In this document: positions 45,231-49,035 of the stretch, piece by piece
Position numbering within the stretch: position 1 is the first letter of the stretch
Layout: each line of letters begins with the position of its first letter
Origin: Verrucomicrobiota bacterium
Lineage (GTDB): Bacteria; Verrucomicrobiota; Verrucomicrobiia; Limisphaerales; CANJXF01
Direction of reading: 5' to 3'
Assembly (NCBI GenBank): GCA_039925885.1
Contig: JBDSYB010000129.1
Location: forward strand, 1-49,035
DNA: 49,035 bases
Notes under the pieces: generated by a model
The model's input: only the letters and a program-made list of their open reading frames with translations
Databases searched by the model: none
Told to the model about the DNA's origin: nothing
Translations under genes and position numbers: made by a program

Positions 45231-46608
45231 TGAAAATGTTGACTCCGGTGATGTCGGACTTCACGGAAAAATCGTCGAGGTGCGCTTTCTCCGGAATAAG
45301 TTTTCGGGCTTGTTGCGAAGTGCGATAAATCAAATGCCAGTCGAGCAAAGTCTCCATCGTGTGGCGCATCGGGTTGCAAACATCCACGTTCGTCACCAGC
45401 AAAAGTCCTCCGGGCCGCACCATTTCATAAAAAATATTCATCAAACGCAGGCAGACTTGATCGGAAAGATAATCAAATAACCCGGCGCAATAAACCAGAT
45501 CGTATTGCGGCGCGTTGGGCGCGGCCTTGGCGCCATCCTTGACGATTTGCTGCACCGATTTTTTGACAAACTTAATCGGCGTGGATCGCCCCTGTTTGAT
45601 TTTGATTTCCTGCAAAACTTCCCGAGTGTGCGCCAATGTTTCCTCGTTGAAATCAAGCAAAGTGAAACGTGCGCGATCGCATAAATCTTTTTCGGTCAGA
45701 AAATTTTGGATTTCCCACGCTGGGCCGCATCCTAGGTTGAGTGCGTCCATCGGCCTTTTTTGCAACGAGACACGCGCGGTTTCCTCCACCAGTTTTTGAG
45801 TCAGATAGGCGACGCGATTGCGATGCGCTTCGGCGGGCGGTTGCTTCAGAAACCAGAGATTGATGATTTTGGCGAAGAGCGAGTTGCCCTCCGTTTCGCG
45901 CATCATCATGTTCACCATTTCGTAATCACCGGCATAACCCAGCGGTTTTTGAAAAGTTCGATAGGCAAAGGGCGAGCAAAGAACCAGCGAATGCAATTGG
46001 CGTCGCATATATCCCTGATGCACAGCGCGGGCATTTTCATCGAGCTGATTGGCCATCGTTTCAAACTTATCGAAAAACATATTGACCGTTTGAATGACTA
46101 CCGGGGCGAGTTCCTGAATGGCTTTGCGTTCGAGTTGCAAACGATTTTGCGAAGTCCCCATTTCCAATTCGACTTGTTCGAGCCAGAGTCGCAAATCGAC
46201 GAGGAACGTTTCCATGTCCGCAATTAAAATTTTGTATTCTGGAATAATTTTATGATGCTTCTGCCATTTCTGCATGAAGCTGCTGAAACCTTGCGCCACA
46301 CTTTTTCCGGAATTTTCCGCAGGCAAAAAAACCTCGTCGCTCCAGGTTTCGTCCAAGGTCGCTTCGCAAATCATGGTCGTGCCGGTGTTGACCAGATTAC
46401 GAATGACGGCTTTGCCGGAGTAAACCTGCCGTTTGTTGATGGAAATTTTTACCTCGCTCAACACCTCGGACATTTGCAGGACGATGTGCGGATCATAAAT
46501 CTCCAGCACCACCTGGCGGCGCGAAAAGCGCACGAGGATGGTGTGCAATTCAATGCCGCGACTGGTTTTGCAACTCACCGTCGTACTTGGATTTGTTGTC
46601 GGGTCCAT
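45202..46608 (-). CDS. class I SAM-dependent methyltransferase with long N-terminal extension (PhcB-like, putative signal-ester synthase)
   Basis: 468 aa with an ATG start. Motif I is ALNLGCGPAWEIQNF, post-I is TLLDFNEE, and DLVYCAGLFDYLSD is present. The N-terminal ~290 aa have no methyltransferase motifs. It is the first gene of the kinase operon. Confidence 0.6.
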   Translation of the reverse strand: MDPTTNPSTTVSCKTSRGIELHTILVRFSRRQVVLEIYDPHIVLQMSEVLSEVKISINKRQVYSGKAVIRNLVNTGTTMICEATLDETWSDEVFLPAENSGKSVAQGFSSFMQKWQKHHKIIPEYKILIADMETFLVDLRLWLEQVELEMGTSQNRLQLERKAIQELAPVVIQTVNMFFDKFETMANQLDENARAVHQGYMRRQLHSLVLCSPFAYRTFQKPLGYAGDYEMVNMMMRETEGNSLFAKIINLWFLKQPPAEAHRNRVAYLTQKLVEETARVSLQKRPMDALNLGCGPAWEIQNFLTEKDLCDRARFTLLDFNEETLAHTREVLQEIKIKQGRSTPIKFVKKSVQQIVKDGAKAAPNAPQYDLVYCAGLFDYLSDQVCLRLMNIFYEMVRPGGLLLVTNVDVCNPMRHTMETLLDWHLIYRTSQQARKLIPEKAHLDDFSVKSDITGVNIFIEVRKPNNG

Positions 46609-47008
46609 TTTCTAAAACCTGTTTCTTTCAAATCGGCGCAAACTGTTCCGCAGAGCAGCCTGATGACCAAGGAATTTGGTTCGCTCAGAAATACGGATGA
46701 TAACTATGGGAAAACCAATCTGACGAACAGTCAATTTCTCCGCAGACCCAAGCCGAAATCTTGCGCGCCTGTCCTAATTCGGGGAAGAGTTGGCATGCGG
46801 AATGTCGGTTGAATGTCTAATTTTTGCTGATTTTCTTCCAAAAAGATTTCTTTTGACACCTTTTGAGACGGTGTTCCCCTCTGGCATTTGCCGTGCTGAA
46901 GGCGGAGCGAAGTCCATGAAACCAAACCTGATAAAGGAAATGAAATTGACAGACTTCTTTTTGTCTGGCGTTCATAAAATTAATTTTGCAAGCGGTCGCG
47001 GAAAATTT

Positions 47009-48307
47009 ATGAGTAAAACAAAGCCAGCCATAATTATGATGAATATATTTAATCGCAAATTTCGGCTGATAAATCCCATGCCACTGGCCGAACGCCTTTT
47101 TCTTTTCGTAATCGTTTCCGGCATGATGCTTTGTCTTCCAAATCGCGTCGATGCTCTTGGATTCCGCATTCCGAATCAAGATGCCGAAGCGACCGGGCGC
47201 GGCAACGCATTTACGGCCACGGCGAACAATCCTTCCGCAATTTACTACAACCCAGCGGGCATCACCCAACTCGAAGGACTGAATGCCCAAGTTGGTTTTC
47301 ACATCATTTCTGTCAATTCGCATTACGAATCGGCGACCACGGGAAAAAAATCAGACACGGAATTCGACGTCCTTCCGGTTCCACAAGCTTATTATACTTA
47401 TTCACCAAAGGAGAGTCCGCTCTCGTACGGTCTGGGCATTTACGTTCCCTACGGGCTTGGTTTGGAATGGCCGGAAGACACTGGGTTTCGCACTCTGGCC
47501 ATTCGCGGTCAGCTTAACTACACCACCATCAATCCGGTGTTCGCGTATCAGGTTTGTCCTTCGCTTTCAATTGCCGCAGGGCCGACGATCAATTATGCGC
47601 GCCTCAAATTGAAACAAGGTATCCTCGCGCCGGGTGACTCTTTTAAATTCGACGGCGAAGATACTGCCTTCGGATTTAATTGCGGAATTCTTTGGCAGCC
47701 ATTCGAGAAGTGGTCGTTCGGCGCAAATTATCGCAGCGAAACCACCATGGATTTTGAAGGGCAGGCGGACGTGCAAAGTGTCGTGCCAGCAGCGGTTCCA
47801 TCCGGCTCCAAACATTCGGTAGCGAGCGCTCCTTTCGCTCAATTTGCCATGGCGGGAATTTCTTTTCGACCGAGTGAAAAGTGGAATATTGAAGTCGGCG
47901 TGGATTGGACGGATTGGGATTCGTTAAATACGGTCACCTTCAAACACACGTCGCTCGGCGATATAAATTTTCCGCTGAATTGGGAATCCAGCTTTTTGTA
48001 TGAATTAGGTGCGAGCCGCTATTTTGAAAATGGTTACTTCCTCAGCGCCGGATATTTCTACAGCCAAAATTCCACGTCGGAACGGAGCTTTAATCCAATC
48101 GTGCCCGACACGGATTTGCACGTCGGTTCGCTTGGATTCGGCTACAAAGGCGAGCATTGGCGCTGGGCGTTAAGCGGACAAATTATCATAGGCCCGACGC
48201 GAACGGTGGACAGCAGCAAATCGACATCTCTCGTGGGCCAATCCGCCAATGGAAAATATCATTGGTTCAATCAAGCGGTGAATGTTTCCGTGGGCTATCA
48301 TTTTTGA
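47009..48307 (+). CDS. outer-membrane hydrophobic-compound channel, FadL/OmpP1/TodX family
   Basis: The start is uncertain (ATG at 47009 chosen). Leader LFLFVIVSGMMLCLPNRVDA, then GFRIPNQDAEATGRGNAFTATANNPSAIYYNPAGI, the conserved N-terminal hatch motif of FadL-type proteins. The C-terminus is aromatic (VGYHF). Confidence 0.75.
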   Translation: MSKTKPAIIMMNIFNRKFRLINPMPLAERLFLFVIVSGMMLCLPNRVDALGFRIPNQDAEATGRGNAFTATANNPSAIYYNPAGITQLEGLNAQVGFHIISVNSHYESATTGKKSDTEFDVLPVPQAYYTYSPKESPLSYGLGIYVPYGLGLEWPEDTGFRTLAIRGQLNYTTINPVFAYQVCPSLSIAAGPTINYARLKLKQGILAPGDSFKFDGEDTAFGFNCGILWQPFEKWSFGANYRSETTMDFEGQADVQSVVPAAVPSGSKHSVASAPFAQFAMAGISFRPSEKWNIEVGVDWTDWDSLNTVTFKHTSLGDINFPLNWESSFLYELGASRYFENGYFLSAGYFYSQNSTSERSFNPIVPDTDLHVGSLGFGYKGEHWRWALSGQIIIGPTRTVDSSKSTSLVGQSANGKYHWFNQAVNVSVGYHF

Positions 48308-48333
48308 TTCAGGTTTTTTAAAAATCTGGGCGC

Positions 48334-49035
48334 TCACGAATTTTTCTGCGCTTCAACGACGCGCTTGAAAAATTTGTTCGTCCCGATTTTCTCGATGATC
48401 CACGCCGCCGCCGCCGGCCACACCACGCACAGCGCGAGCAAGGGTTTCACCGGCCACCGATTGATGATGATTTCCGGAATGTCTCGTTCGAGGCAGCGCA
48501 CCACTGCGCGTGCCACTGCTTGCGGCGGCGAAGTGCCAAGCAACGCTGGCGCTGCGCAATGGGTTCGCTCTTTCAAGTTAGCGTAAATCCCCGCCTCCAC
48601 GAATCCCGGCGTCACCACCGATGCGCTCACACCCGTCCCGCGATATGTGGCGCGCAAGGAACAAGTGAATGCGATCAAACCCGCTTTCGTCGCCGCGTAG
48701 GGCTCCTGATAGGCCGGCCCGGATCTTCCCGCGAGCGATGAAATATTCACAATATGACCGCGCTTTTGTTCCAACATTGCTGGCAAAACCAATCGCGAAA
48801 GAATCATCGGCGCTTCGAGATTCACCGCAATGGTTTCCTGAATATTTTGTTCCGATAAATCGTGGTAAGTCGACGTGAATTCCACTCCCGCGTTGTTCAC
48901 CAAAACGTCAATCCGCCCAAATTCAGCAATTACTTTTTCAATCACCAAATGCCGTTGTGAATGAATCCGCAAATCCGCCGGAAACGCGATGACTCGACCG
49001 CCTTTCGGCGCGATTTGTTTTCGCAAATCTTCCAG
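48334..49035 (-). CDS. SDR family oxidoreductase; 5' end lies outside the window
   Basis: The frame is open to the window edge. VLVNNAGV, NISSLAG and YAATKAG (YxxxK) are classical short-chain dehydrogenase motifs. Confidence 0.8.
   Translation of the reverse strand: MEDLRKQIAPKGGRVIAFPADLRIHSQRHLVIEKVIAEFGRIDVLVNNAGVEFTSTYHDLSEQNIQETIAVNLEAPMILSRLVLPAMLEQKRGHIVNISSLAGRSGPAYQEPYAATKAGLIAFTCSLRATYRGTGVSASVVTPGFVEAGIYANLKERTHCAAPALLGTSPPQAVARAVVRCLERDIPEIIINRWPVKPLLALCVVWPAAAAWIIEKIGTNKFFKRVVEAQKNS

Overview
This 49 kb window comes from a bacterial chromosome. The gene content suggests a PVC-superphylum (Verrucomicrobiota/Planctomycetota-like) organism, which is an inference: a PVC-type heme-binding CxxCH dehydrogenase, a Tat-signal Gfo/Idh/MocA oxidoreductase, and many secreted glycan-active proteins with Calx-beta modules. 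Layout, left to right: (1) 1-9016 is a tightly packed plus-strand operon. It holds a partial sugar-acid kinase, the heme/HEAT protein, an M28 peptidase, a GNAT, an oxidoreductase, a TIM-barrel isomerase, an SGNH esterase and a DHDPS/NanA-family aldolase. (2) 9064-14528 holds a 1134-aa glycoside-hydrolase-like protein, a sarcosine/N-methyltryptophan oxidase and a second SGNH esterase. (3) 14616-29872 is an accessory-looking block. It has two tandem giant secreted proteins (Asp-box propellers, Calx-beta repeats, a shared C-terminal module), two further stand-alone paralogues of the sialidase-fold propeller, an intact tyrosine integrase next to a truncated tRNA-Gly 3' end, and a GH9-like enzyme. 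(4) 30274-36767 holds a Tat oxidoreductase, an Rrf2 regulator, an internally deleted OprO/P-type porin remnant and sbp-cysTWA. (5) 37604-48307 is a five-gene minus-strand signalling operon headed by a PhcB-like SAM methyltransferase, followed by four histidine-kinase/receiver proteins with unusual architectures. It sits divergent from a FadL-type outer-membrane channel. I consider this the best candidate for an undescribed system: a lipid-ester type cell-cell signalling module. (6) A partial SDR gene ends the window. I saw no CRISPR array, rRNA or intact tRNA. All functional calls rest on motifs read by eye and none was confirmed by a database search.
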